Below, in pieces: positions 52,535 through 64,000 of a DNA stretch of 64,000 nt. Position 1 is the stretch's first letter. Every line of letters begins with the position of its first letter. The DNA comes from Chloroflexota bacterium (GTDB taxonomy: Bacteria > Chloroflexota > Anaerolineae > Anaerolineales > UBA11579): assembly GCA_013112575.1 (NCBI GenBank), contig JABFGG010000021.1, positions 15,663-79,662 of the forward strand, read 5' to 3'. A program made the position numbers and the translations under genes. A model generated the notes under the pieces. It did not search any database. It had not been told where the DNA came from and saw only the letters and a list, made by a program, of their open reading frames with translations.

Positions 52535-53106
52535 TCCGATCTCCTTTTGTGATCTAGCGCTTTTGGTTGTTTTTCTAGTCGTTCATTTAGCTTTTTCAGC
52601 CATTTGATCTCGGCGGCAAGCTGGTGCAACAGGTAATCAAAAAAGATGCCTATATAAAAATTCTCACGCATGGGGTGCTCTTCAACAGCCTGGCTGAGGA
52701 ATTTATGTGTGGCCTGCTGGTCCTTCAAATACGTTTGGATAGCTTGCTGTGCTCTCTTGGGTGGCAATGCTCCCAGGTTGTCGAGGCCCAGTAAAAAGGA
52801 TGAGTATTCGCGTTTTGGTTTGGCCAGCGTTTGTAGAGATGCTTGCTGCCACATCTTTTTCCCGGCAGGGGTCAGGTGGTAGACCTTGCGCGCCGGCCCG
52901 CGCCCTTTCGGTGGCTCCATCTTTCCACTCAGCCATCCCGCTTGCTCTAATTTTGAAAGCACGCGGTAGATGGAGGAAAATCCGATCTCGGTCCAGGAGC
53001 GCATGTTGCGTTCTTCGATGACTTGCTCGATCTCGTAGGCGTGGCGGGGTTGCTCTACGATCAGGCTAAGTAGCGCCAATTCCGCATTTGAGATTTCTGT
53101 TTCCAT
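52531..53106 (-). CDS. PadR family transcriptional regulator
   Basis: PRHAYEI, SIYRVL.KLE, RKVYHLT..G. Confidence 0.9.
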   Translation of the reverse strand: METEISNAELALLSLIVEQPRHAYEIEQVIEERNMRSWTEIGFSSIYRVLSKLEQAGWLSGKMEPPKGRGPARKVYHLTPAGKKMWQQASLQTLAKPKREYSSFLLGLDNLGALPPKRAQQAIQTYLKDQQATHKFLSQAVEEHPMRENFYIGIFFDYLLHQLAAEIKWLKKLNERLEKQPKALDHKRRSE

Positions 53107-53120
53107 AAATATCCTCATCT

Positions 53121-53132
53121 GATAATATTATC
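53121..53132. promoter_or_regulatory. Palindrome upstream of padR (candidate autoregulatory operator)
   Basis: gataatattatc perfect palindrome. Confidence 0.4.
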
Positions 53133-53292
53133 TATCAAGAATATACCTTGAGTCATAGAGTATGTCAAGTGGTAAATACGTTTATGGTCGATAACTCAAA
53201 TTCCAAAGAGAAGGTAGTTTGCAGCTATACGTTTCCCCACTAGCCTTGGTCAAGGAACTATTTGTTTACCCCTTTGCTTCGTGATCAGATGG

Positions 53293-53324
53293 CCTGAATG
53301 CTCCCTTTTGGGGGAGCATTCAGG
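53293..53324 (-). terminator. Terminator hairpin downstream of tpl
   Basis: cctgaatgctccc-ttttgg-gggagcattcagg. Confidence 0.7.
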
Positions 53325-53339
53325 TTTATAGAAATCTCT

Positions 53340-55257
<1,918 letters not shown>

Positions 55258-55512
55258 AATTATCCCAATTCCCTAATAATATTCTGCAATAGATACTATC
55301 AGAAGAATTATATTAAGTAAACAATGGTTTCTGTTTTGCTTCTTTTGTTTTTTTGGGGAAATGACATATGCTCTGCTGGATGAACAATTTCCGGTAGCCT
55401 AATCACTTTGAGCTTCCAGGTCTAGATGCTCGAAGGTTTTTTGATATTGATGTTTGACACTTATATGTAGGAGTGGTAAACTACCGCCCGAAATTAAATA
55501 GACCCATCTTGT

Positions 55513-55621
<109 letters not shown>

Positions 55622-55640
55622 GGAGTTTGTAAAAATGTGC

Positions 55641-55670
55641 AAATTGCCCTCGACAAGAGGGCAATTTTTT
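55641..55670 (+). terminator. Riboswitch-linked terminator
   Basis: aaattgccctc-gacaa-gagggcaatttttt. Confidence 0.8.
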
Positions 55671-55684
55671 ATGGAGGAAGCTTC

Positions 55685-56896
55685 ATGAGCACTACTTTTA
55701 TGCAGTCCCCCAGCCTGATGTTCACATCAGAGTCTGTCACGGAGGGACACCCCGACAAGATGTGTGACCAGATCAGTGATGCTGTTCTGGATGCCTGTCT
55801 TGAGCAAGACCCCTATTCACGTGTGGCCTGCGAAACGGCCATCAAAACCGGCTTTGTAATGTTACTGGGGGAGATCACCACGCAGGCTAATCTCAACTAC
55901 GATAAATTGGTACGCGAAGCAGTTAAGGAAATTGGCTATGATCGCGGCAAATACGGTTTCGACAGTGAGACATGTGGTGTGCAGGTTGCCATTGCCCAGC
56001 AGTCTGGCGACATAGCCATGGGCGTAGACAAGGCCCTGGAAGCTAAAGCCGGCGAAATGACCGAAGAGCAAATTGATGCCGTTGGAGCAGGTGACCAGGG
56101 CATGATGTTCGGTTACGCCTGTAACGAAACCGATACTCTGATGCCCTTACCCATTTACCTGGCCCACAAGTTGACCCGCCGTTTATCCGAAGTACGCCGT
56201 GATGGCACACTGCCCTGGCTGCGCCCTGATGGCAAAAGCCAGGTGACCGTTGAATATGCCAATGGCAGCCCCAAACGCATCGACACTGTGCTGATCAGCA
56301 CCCAGCACTCCCCCGACATTTCCCAGGAAGATATCCGCAAGGCCATCATCGAGCATGTGATCACGCCTGTGCTGCCTGAGGATATGGTGGACGATGAGTT
56401 GAAGATCTACGTCAATCCCACCGGCCGTTTTGTTATTGGTGGCCCGATGGGTGATGCCGGTGTGACCGGTCGTAAGATCATTGTGGATACTTATGGTGGT
56501 ATGGGCCGTCACGGCGGAGGCGCATTCAGCGGCAAGGATCCCACGAAGGTAGACCGCTCGGCGGCTTATGCTTCACGCTGGGCTGCCAAGAATGTGGTAG
56601 CGGCTGGTTTGGCCGACCGCATTGAAATTCAGGTGGCCTATGCCATTGGTGTGGCGCGCCCATTGAGCATCAATGTGGAGACTTTTGGCACCGGCAAGCT
56701 TCCTGATGAGAAGATCGCCGAGTTGATCGACGAACATTTTGATCTGCGCCCCGGCGCTATCATCCGCGACCTGGACCTGCGCCGCCCGATCTACAAGCAA
56801 ACTGCGGCATACGGCCACTTTGGCCGCGATGACCTCGATTTGCCCTGGGAGCGCACCGATAAGGCTGATGCACTAAAGAAAGCGGCTGGCGTATAA
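55685..56896 (+). CDS. metK: S-adenosylmethionine synthetase
   Basis: [28 protein letters not shown]. Confidence 0.97.
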   Translation: MSTTFMQSPSLMFTSESVTEGHPDKMCDQISDAVLDACLEQDPYSRVACETAIKTGFVMLLGEITTQANLNYDKLVREAVKEIGYDRGKYGFDSETCGVQVAIAQQSGDIAMGVDKALEAKAGEMTEEQIDAVGAGDQGMMFGYACNETDTLMPLPIYLAHKLTRRLSEVRRDGTLPWLRPDGKSQVTVEYANGSPKRIDTVLISTQHSPDISQEDIRKAIIEHVITPVLPEDMVDDELKIYVNPTGRFVIGGPMGDAGVTGRKIIVDTYGGMGRHGGGAFSGKDPTKVDRSAAYASRWAAKNVVAAGLADRIEIQVAYAIGVARPLSINVETFGTGKLPDEKIAELIDEHFDLRPGAIIRDLDLRRPIYKQTAAYGHFGRDDLDLPWERTDKADALKKAAGV

Positions 56897-56921
56897 TCTG
56901 GCAGCAAGTAATTTAAGCAAT

Positions 56922-56954
56922 AAAAAAAGCTCCCACAAGAGTGTGGGAGCTTTT
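56922..56954. terminator. Bidirectional terminator
   Basis: aaaagctcccac...gtgggagctttt. Confidence 0.8.
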
Positions 56955-56971
56955 GCTTTAAGGGTAATTGT

Positions 56972-57304
56972 TTATGCGAGGTGGGCTTCGAATTTCTGGA
57001 TGATCTTGTCTTTAGGTTGGTAGCCGGTCATGCGCTCTTTCATCTCACCGGCGTTGAAGACCATGAGGGTGGGAACGCCCATCACGCCGTATTGCATGGC
57101 GATGTCTGGGTTGTGGTCCACGTCTACTTTGACGACCTTGACGTTGTCGGCCCACTCATTAGCGGCCAGGTCATCGACGATGGGGTCGAGCATTTTGCAG
57201 GGGCCGCACCATACGGCGCCAAAATCTACAACTACCGGGCCTTCGGCCTGGATAACTTCATCTTGGAATGTGTCCTGCGTTACTTCGAGCATGTTGCTGC
57301 CCAT
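56972..57304 (-). CDS. trxA: Thioredoxin
   Basis: WCGPC. Confidence 0.95.
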   Translation of the reverse strand: MGSNMLEVTQDTFQDEVIQAEGPVVVDFGAVWCGPCKMLDPIVDDLAANEWADNVKVVKVDVDHNPDIAMQYGVMGVPTLMVFNAGEMKERMTGYQPKDKIIQKFEAHLA

Positions 57305-57602
57305 TGTGTTCCTCCGTGAAATTTGTAAAAGGTAGTTTTTATTTGAAATTTGCTATTCGCATAGCAATATAATCAGGGTTGGTGAAGATGTCAAGCGAAT
57401 AGCGTTAGTAATGTATTAAAACCAATATATAGATGGGGTGTTGGGGGTTTAACTTACGGCTAATTCACTAAACCTGGTCGGGCGACCGGTCGGTCGCCAC
57501 TACACAAATGGCCTGTTCAGCATCAGTAGCCATCAAGTTCAGTACTCCCATACGGTGCTTAGATTGACTGGCATTTTGCAGCATGATAAAATTCGGGCTT
57601 CT

Positions 57603-57674
57603 GGGCGCGTAGCTCAATGGTAGAGCAGTGGCCTTTTAAGCCATTGGTTGAAGGTTCGAGTCCTTCCGCGCTCA
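57603..57674 (+). tRNA. tRNA-Lys(UUU), CCA not encoded
   Basis: Acceptor gggcgcg/cgcgctc, D arm gctc..gagc, anticodon loop cttttaa, T loop ttcgagt. Confidence 0.95.
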
Positions 57675-57877
57675 CTCTAGGTTTTGCACAGATTTTCGCA
57701 ACCCTAGAAGAAATTTCTTACATAGCTGTGCTAAATATTCAGTTATTAAGGTGCAGTACCCAAATCTCCTGTTCTGACTTGCCGGTTGTTTCAGGATTTT
57801 GGGTGTAAAAAATCGGTTCTATGCTTTTTGCGTAGGCCACACAAGCGCTCCAGCCATTTAGGTTGGGGCGTTTTGTT

Positions 57878-58129
57878 TTAGGCGATCTCCGCTTCGTCCG
57901 CGATCAGATCCCGAGGGGTGATCTTGCGGCCCAATGCACTTGTTAATGCTGTAGCGATTTTTTTCAGTACTCGCTTGTCCATCAGCATAGGGTAGTCGCG
58001 AATATAGGATTGGGCAGTGCCATGAGCAATCTCAGCCTTTTCGGCAAGATCTGCAGCAGTCCACTCCAGCTCTTCAGTGAAAGCGGAAACCACCAAGAAC
58101 TGTGTCTTGGTAGCCATAACGTTTAGCAT
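57878..58129 (-). CDS. XRE/Cro-like HTH repressor
   Basis: WTAADLAEKAEIAHGTAQSY; aaggagg RBS before ATG 58129. Confidence 0.75.
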   Translation of the reverse strand: MLNVMATKTQFLVVSAFTEELEWTAADLAEKAEIAHGTAQSYIRDYPMLMDKRVLKKIATALTSALGRKITPRDLIADEAEIA

Positions 58130-58150
58130 CGAACCTCCTTTCGTAAACCG

Positions 58151-58226
58151 ATTGTAATTCCAAGATTTCAAGATGTCAAGTCTCAATATCTCAACATCTT
58201 GACATGTTAAAATATTAGATTATAAT
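58151..58226. promoter_or_regulatory. Back-to-back sigma70 promoters with operator repeats
   Basis: Plus: TTGACA 58199-58204, 16 bp, TATAAT 58221-58226. Minus: TTGACA 58179-58174, 17 bp, TACAAT 58156-58151. Confidence 0.8.
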
Positions 58227-58261
58227 ACGAGTATCTCAAACAACCGGCAAGTTGAACGGAG

Positions 58262-58624
58262 ATGCTCATGGATTTATACATTTCTTCAGTCAGTGACCTG
58301 TACGATCCCCGCAAATACATCCCGGAACCCCAGTCAAGCTTTTGGCGCAAACTGGCAGACGGTGAATGCCAGGCCTTGCGCGATAAGGTGGGTGAAGAAG
58401 ACTATCTTGAGTGGCTCAGCACAGTCTGGCCAGACAGTGAGATGATCCAACGCTTCACCTGGAGAACCATCTACGAGATGACCAGCGCGGCCTATCACGC
58501 CGCCAACTACGACCAGCCTGACATCGAGCGTATGGCGCGTGCCGCCCGGCATCGCTTACTGTCCACCATCCAGCAAACCCCCATTCCCGTTGAAAGAATT
58601 CAGGAGGACTTCTATGGCTGCTGA
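58262..58624 (+). CDS. Hypothetical phage-like protein
   Basis: First ORF after the rightward promoter; host-like codon usage. Confidence 0.65.
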   Translation: MLMDLYISSVSDLYDPRKYIPEPQSSFWRKLADGECQALRDKVGEEDYLEWLSTVWPDSEMIQRFTWRTIYEMTSAAYHAANYDQPDIERMARAARHRLLSTIQQTPIPVERIQEDFYGC

Positions 58625-58958
58625 GATCGAACTCCACGCCAAGGTCTTGTATCGCGGCAACCTGATCGAAGTCAAGATCGATGACGTGTACACGGATAGC
58701 CATGGCCACAAGCGAGTGGTCGTGCGCGCATTGGAAGGGAAGCCATTCCCCCAATGGAACGTGGTGATGGCTGACCCTAAATATGGCGGTGGCCACGGCT
58801 GGGAGAGCCGCTCGGCGTGGCACACGGTGAGTGTGATCCTGATCAAAGACGTCTGGGAGATGCAGGATGGGAAGATGATCAACCACCTGGGTCCTCCACC
58901 GATCGTAAAACAAATGTCACAGGAACTCGGTATAGACGTATCCTCAGGACAGGAGTGA
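58614..58958 (+). CDS. Hypothetical phage-like protein
   Basis: aggagg RBS; overlaps the upstream ORF. Confidence 0.65.
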   Translation: MAAEIELHAKVLYRGNLIEVKIDDVYTDSHGHKRVVVRALEGKPFPQWNVVMADPKYGGGHGWESRSAWHTVSVILIKDVWEMQDGKMINHLGPPPIVKQMSQELGIDVSSGQE

Positions 58959-58961
58959 ACC

Positions 58962-59597
58962 ATGACATCACTGGATGAGATCTATCCCAAACCCCACCTG
59001 CGTGTGTATGACCTGGATGGCAGGCCGCTGGTGCTGACGATCAAGAGCGTTACCCAGATCCCGATCTGGGATAAGAAAGCCGGCCGCAAGATGCCCAAGT
59101 GGGTGATCTATTTCCAGGAACACAAGAAGTACCTGATCGCAAAAGAGATCCTGCTCAATGCCGTTGCCGATATCGCCGGCTCAAGGCAGCTAAAAGATTG
59201 GATCGGGACACGCGTAGAACTCTACGAAGTTCAAGATGAATCCTTTGGCGATGTGTGGGATGTGATCCGCCTCCGTGCCCCCCAGCAGATCCAGGAGGGC
59301 AATGAGGGGGATGCTGCAGAAGAACGCAGAGCCAGGCAACGCAAGCCGCGCAACTGGCCTGCAGAAGTCGTCAAAGGGATCGTAGCAGAGAACCTGGCTG
59401 CGAGTGAACTAGAAGCCGTCAAAGCCTTGAACCTCAGCGACCTGACCATCAAGAACGCGGCTCAATTTGCCATGCGTTGGATGGCCTACGTATCACGCCT
59501 GATGGAAGAGAAGGAGCTTGATCTGGAACTGGCCGCGGAAAAGGCCAACAGCAAATTGCAGGGATTAATGAGCAATGGAAGTTCGAATAAAAAGTGA
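58962..59597 (+). CDS. Phage-type hypothetical protein (possible OB-fold/ssDNA-binding N-terminus)
   Basis: L...DL.G..LVLTIKSV...VIYF...DWIG.RVELY pattern recalled from phage replication/recombination modules. Confidence 0.55.
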   Translation: MTSLDEIYPKPHLRVYDLDGRPLVLTIKSVTQIPIWDKKAGRKMPKWVIYFQEHKKYLIAKEILLNAVADIAGSRQLKDWIGTRVELYEVQDESFGDVWDVIRLRAPQQIQEGNEGDAAEERRARQRKPRNWPAEVVKGIVAENLAASELEAVKALNLSDLTIKNAAQFAMRWMAYVSRLMEEKELDLELAAEKANSKLQGLMSNGSSNKK

Positions 59598-59845
59598 ACT
59601 CGCCCAGGTGAGGGGGGCACCCGGACGAGCTCATGATTACTCTAGCATATTTTAGCCAGGCGATTTCTTAACAAAACCGTTGGAATGCAATATCGTCTTG
59701 ACCGCTTTTCAGTGATCCGTTCATCTTTTCCACGGCAAATGGTCGTTGAAAGCTTCAAACAACAGGGGCAACGGAAATGGGTGTCGATCCAATGTAGCAA
59801 ATTTCTTCTGTTCACAATAATTTGATATAAGCAATCCAATGGTAA

Positions 59846-61684
59846 TTAATCGAAACCAAGGACAGCTTCAGTTGTCAAATTGCCATGAAAGAATACGCCA
59901 TTTGGGTTTATTTCAACCTCCCGAACTTCTGCACCTAGTGTGATGAACCCGGCAGTACTCTCATTCAAAGCGGCAAAAGAATCATTTAGCTGTTGCTCAA
60001 TGTTTGTCTCAATCTCAAATGAGTTGCCGATGTTATTTGCTACTTCTGATCCCAATATGCCTTCAGCTACAGCCGTCCCAACTAGACCCACAGTTCCGCC
60101 TACTACTCCGCCAATTGGACCACCCGCGGCTAGACCAATCGCCGCAAGAATGAGTCCATGAACGATATACATCCATGCGGGCAAATTGATACCTGACGAG
60201 ATGATAACTTCTTGAAGATCACCATTATTGTCAATTCGAAGACCTACATGAATCGAATAGCTAAAGTCCACATCAGGATAGCAATCGCCCGTTCGGTATC
60301 GACCATTCCCAGTGACTTCCACATAGCCAATGCCGTTAATATTGCCAACGCTCCACGGCCCTCCTCTTAATTCGATATCAATCGATTTGATTGTAATATT
60401 GGGGTCTTGCTCAGATACGAGAGGCAATTCTGGAAGGTCTCGACGGATTATGAACTGCATTGCAGCAGTTGATTGTCCAATTGTAAGATTGTGCCCTGGC
60501 CTTACTATGAAGCGATCATATGGATCTACCCTCTGCGTTGAGTCTCCAAAGGTCCACGTTAGGGCATTGAATGGACCGATTGAATCTACGCTATTTAGTC
60601 CAGATTGCTCAAAAAACAAGAATGGAGGATCATCTGGCAAAGTGAAAAGCTGAAGTGTCGGTACTTCTTTGTTGAAGTAATCATAAACGGCGAACGCCGC
60701 AAGGATTTCTAGAATTTCGTCGTTATTGCCCTCGATACTCACTTCTGGTGACTCCCGAGTGAAGTCTACGTAGTAACTACGTTGGTCCTCATCGCGGATT
60801 ATCCGGCCTTTCTGCGTCGCGACTCCCTCGAAGTTGGCAACTTGGTCCTCAATCATTATGTGGCCCTTTATTTTGAGACGAGCGGCTACCTCATCTGAGT
60901 CAACTGCCTCAATTGTTAGTCCTGGTTCGTCTGATTCCACGAACTCAATAGTGAAGTCAACAGCAAATGTAAAACCGAGCCATGCAGAGTATGAGTGCCA
61001 AGGTTCTGCTAAATTGGCAAAGTCATTATCCCCTGAAAAGACGGCAATAATTAACGCTATATTAAACTGAGTCTCTAGTATTTTCTCAAAAAGATCAGAT
61101 ATATAGTCTTCGGTGATTTGCATTACAACGGTCCAACCACGCATCACCGGAACTGGTGCAAAAGGGGAGTTGAAGAAGAGTGAGGAGTTTGTCCCACTGA
61201 AAGTAGACCCAGACTTTTTCTTCACTGGTAGCCGTAGTGGTGATTGCTTAGAGTTAAAAGTTGGATTGTCAAATTGTATTTTTTTCTTAATCTCTTCTAA
61301 AGACACTTGTTTTTTCAAGAAGCGATTTGGAACAAACTTTACTTCTCTTAGTCCGGGGATTCGCGAACCTTGCTTCAATTTCGAATAGAGTTCAGGGTCT
61401 ATGTATTTCATGATTGGTTCGCTGTTATCCAAATTGGTGCGTAGTTCTTTACTTACATCAATCTCAAGGTCTTCACAGAGCGCATATGGGTCTGATAGAA
61501 ACATGATCGCCAGGTTGGGTGCACTGTTCAGCAGGGGGAGGAACAATGAAAATGTATTGGCCCAATCAGCTTGTGTCTCAAGCCGCCGAATTTCTTTTGG
61601 CAAGTTCTTGAACGTACTTGCCATCATATCGAAACCTGATGTGTTAGCTTTTGTGTCCGTTAGATCTTTGCGTTTATTAGCCAT
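59846..61684 (-). CDS. Large hypothetical cargo protein with a glycine-zipper segment
   Basis: ggagga RBS; AT-rich; GLAAGGPIGGVVGGTVGLVG. Confidence 0.7.
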   Translation of the reverse strand: MANKRKDLTDTKANTSGFDMMASTFKNLPKEIRRLETQADWANTFSLFLPLLNSAPNLAIMFLSDPYALCEDLEIDVSKELRTNLDNSEPIMKYIDPELYSKLKQGSRIPGLREVKFVPNRFLKKQVSLEEIKKKIQFDNPTFNSKQSPLRLPVKKKSGSTFSGTNSSLFFNSPFAPVPVMRGWTVVMQITEDYISDLFEKILETQFNIALIIAVFSGDNDFANLAEPWHSYSAWLGFTFAVDFTIEFVESDEPGLTIEAVDSDEVAARLKIKGHIMIEDQVANFEGVATQKGRIIRDEDQRSYYVDFTRESPEVSIEGNNDEILEILAAFAVYDYFNKEVPTLQLFTLPDDPPFLFFEQSGLNSVDSIGPFNALTWTFGDSTQRVDPYDRFIVRPGHNLTIGQSTAAMQFIIRRDLPELPLVSEQDPNITIKSIDIELRGGPWSVGNINGIGYVEVTGNGRYRTGDCYPDVDFSYSIHVGLRIDNNGDLQEVIISSGINLPAWMYIVHGLILAAIGLAAGGPIGGVVGGTVGLVGTAVAEGILGSEVANNIGNSFEIETNIEQQLNDSFAALNESTAGFITLGAEVREVEINPNGVFFHGNLTTEAVLGFD

Positions 61685-61951
61685 GATTTGTCCTCCAAAT
61701 TTCACTAGTTAACGAGAAATCTTGATCATAAATCAGGTATCTGTAATTCTGAACTGGCCCACTAATCAAGGATTTGTAGGCAAAATACCAACAATCTCTG
61801 AATAGAGATTGTTTTGAAATCCCAAATTAGCAAGCATATTTAATTGTTGAGTTCGATGAAGACCAGAGCTTGGCAACACTATAATAGCATTTTTGGTTAC
61901 AGCTTGTCTATACATGTTTCGTGTTCAATTGTATGGATTTATAATCTCTAG

Positions 61952-62062
61952 GTGTCTGACAAGCGCTTCATTCTTATCCTGATCATCGTTGCAGTTTTGT
62001 TGCTCGGTTTCGTAGTGGGAATCGTTTTCTGGCCATCCCTTCTGGACTTGCTCGGCCTGTAA
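61952..62062 (+). CDS. 36-aa single-TM peptide (not in ORF track)
   Basis: GTG...TAA gives MSDKRFILILIIVAVLLLGFVVGIVFWPSLLDLLGL; TATAAT ends 6 nt upstream. Confidence 0.65.
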   Translation: MSDKRFILILIIVAVLLLGFVVGIVFWPSLLDLLGL

Positions 62063-62434
62063 ATGTTCAATATTACATTCCAGAACTCCATGAAGTACCG
62101 TGATCGCTTTGAAAGCCTTCTGTGGGGATTGTTAGGTTACATCCTCGTGTGGGTGCTCATATTGATCTTTGTGTTTCCCAGGGGGCGCGGCTGCATTTCT
62201 GTTTCTAAAAAAGAATGACGGCCTCCAGGTCGCTAGTTTGTATTTGATTGATGCTTTTCGGATGAACGAGGCAAATTCAAATCAAAAGTTTTTCACAAGC
62301 TGGTTAGGATCGTGTGTATGTGCGTTCCAGACTTCACAATATTGACTTTCTGATTGTTCATCGCAATAATGGTAATAAGAAGGGCGTGAACTCGCTTTAA
62401 CTTTGAGGGATTGACACTAATTGTGGAGGAACAA

Positions 62435-63352
62435 ATGGAAGCACTCAGAAAAATGGTCCAAGATATTATCAGAGGTTTCAACAAGCTCGCCGAATCGGTT
62501 ATGGATCGACTACTGAATCCTAAATCCGTGCTTGGATTACTTTTAGTTGCTGTAATTTCGCTTGGTTTAATGTCTTGGGCGATTACTGGTTTGCTAGGGG
62601 ATTCTCCTGAAATTCAAATATCATTGACAATTATTCTTGGCGTTGGCCTCTTAATGCTTTTCCTATTTGTTCTAGCGATCGGATTTGCCAGGATGAATCT
62701 GGCTGATTCATCTCAAGCTCTTGGTTTGCCAGGAGGGTCAATCAGGGCGATGATTGCACTTTCATTAATCGTGATATTTGTCATCGTTGGCATATACTTG
62801 TTTCGAGCTGTATCCGTCGGCCCAACTTCAACCTCAAGTGGTTTGACTATAGCAGATCTAGAAAAACTTCCACCGGCCATTGCAGAGAATATTATCGAAA
62901 TCGACAGATCCCCAGTGGATGGGAGCTACCAAATAAGAACTTCAAGAGATGTTGGGGAGGATGCAACGCGAATAGCTGAAGGCCTCACTTCCACAATAGG
63001 CACTTTAGTAGTTGCTGTTGCAGGTTTTTATTTTGGTACAAGATCAGTGGCTGTGGCAAAAGGGGAAACAATCAAACCCATAATATCTGTGAGTGATCCA
63101 AAACAAAATGATTTACAAGATGTATCTGAACCCTTCGTTATCACCGTAACTTCAGATCCTCCTGGTTATGCTATTAAAGCCAAATTTATAGAGGGAACGG
63201 GCGAGATAGAATTAATCGAGCACAATAAATTCAAATATACGCCAACAGTTTCTGGAAAGGTTAAGCTTAGTTTCTTGTTGGCTGCCTTTCCTGAATTGCC
63301 TTCTGCTGAAATATCTTTTACAAATAAAGTTGATCCAGGTCCAAAAAAATAA
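62435..63352 (+). CDS. Multi-TM hypothetical protein with beta-rich C-terminal domain
   Basis: ggagg RBS; LGLPGGSIRAMIAL and VAGFYFG segments. Confidence 0.7.
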   Translation: MEALRKMVQDIIRGFNKLAESVMDRLLNPKSVLGLLLVAVISLGLMSWAITGLLGDSPEIQISLTIILGVGLLMLFLFVLAIGFARMNLADSSQALGLPGGSIRAMIALSLIVIFVIVGIYLFRAVSVGPTSTSSGLTIADLEKLPPAIAENIIEIDRSPVDGSYQIRTSRDVGEDATRIAEGLTSTIGTLVVAVAGFYFGTRSVAVAKGETIKPIISVSDPKQNDLQDVSEPFVITVTSDPPGYAIKAKFIEGTGEIELIEHNKFKYTPTVSGKVKLSFLLAAFPELPSAEISFTNKVDPGPKK

Positions 63353-63516
63353 GCATTTACGAAAAATTCCAAAGAAAATGCAGCGACTATCTGGCCGCCA
63401 TTTTTGTTTTGATCGAGTGTCTGATCTGATGGCTAAGACTGTTGATTCAAATCCGATGATCCGGTCTGAGGATTGCGCGCGGAACGCCCTCTGCAATTTA
63501 CAAGTAGAATGCGTAA

Positions 63517-63627
63517 ATGCCTGAAAAACGCCTACTCCACCTCCTCATCATCATCGCTGTGCTGATCATCGGCTTCATCTTGGGATTATTCGTCGGGCCA
63601 CCCATCATTGCCCAGCTAGTCTTATAG
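63517..63627 (+). CDS. 36-aa single-TM peptide, paralog of 61952-62062 (not in ORF track)
   Basis: MPEKRLLHLLIIIAVLIIGFILGLFVGPPIIAQLVL; TAGAAT ends 6 nt upstream. Confidence 0.65.
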   Translation: MPEKRLLHLLIIIAVLIIGFILGLFVGPPIIAQLVL

Positions 63628-63861
63628 AAAGTTGCATCCCAATATGATCTATGGTAATCTGACCGCGATAACTTAATCCCTGGGGGTACTGCTGGCGATA
63701 TAAGCCCCACGACCGGCAGCATTTCTCTTGTGAGCGCGGCACTGACGTTGGCCTCCGACCAGCGTCATCCACCGCCCGAAGTGTCCAAGTACGCAGTTTT
63801 CTGCGCGCTTGGCGATTCGGGCGGTTTCGTTTAACCGCCTCCATTCCTCCTGGAGGTTCTC

Positions 63862-64000
63862 ATGTTGTATGTTCCCCTTCACCCCTTGAATTGGCGCACC
63901 TGGTTGCGCGTGGGCCTCGTGCTCTTGATTACCCTGATGATCGTCACGACTGTTAGTGCTGCGCCGGTCGCGCAGGAAGCTACCCCTGCGGACTTCCTGC
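63862..64000 (+). CDS. Exported/membrane protein, N-terminus only
   Basis: ggagg RBS; MLYVPLHPLNWRTWLRVGLVLLITLMIVTTVSAAPVAQE signal-peptide-like. Confidence 0.55.
   Translation, partial: MLYVPLHPLNWRTWLRVGLVLLITLMIVTTVSAAPVAQEATPADFL

Larger units (their letters stand above)
57675..64000. mobile_element. Left part of a prophage/integrative element downstream of tRNA-Lys
   Basis: Divergent HTH repressor and early genes, phage-like ORFs, AT-rich cargo; no integrase inside the window. Confidence 0.6.

Noticed and set aside
57617-57808. 63-aa ORF
   Set aside because: It overlaps tRNA-Lys.

Overview
Bacterial chromosomal window, most likely from a Chloroflexota (Anaerolineae-like) genome; this is an inference from gene content and style. 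The core carries peptidases, glycogen genes (GH13, glgA, malQ), sodA, ferredoxin, fumarase/aspartase genes, mutL, cobB, tilS, a large signalling/Tad-ATPase cluster, gyrA, birA, rpsB-tsf-pyrH-frr-uppS-cdsA-glpX, tpl, SAM-I riboswitch-metK, trxA and tRNA-Lys. Three accessory zones stand out. (1) 1-1700: an AT-rich Ec86/Eco1-like type II-A retron in the order effector -> msr/msd ncRNA -> reverse transcriptase (RT truncated by the window edge; ncRNA and RT are not in the ORF track). (2) about 26,900-29,100: an internally deleted IS110 remnant with a putative bridge-RNA leader, next to a secreted nucleoside hydrolase. (3) From tRNA-Lys to the end: a prophage/integrative element with a back-to-back consensus promoter switch and two unannotated, apparently leaderless, paralogous 36-aa membrane peptides. 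All family calls come from motif recognition by eye; no searches were run.
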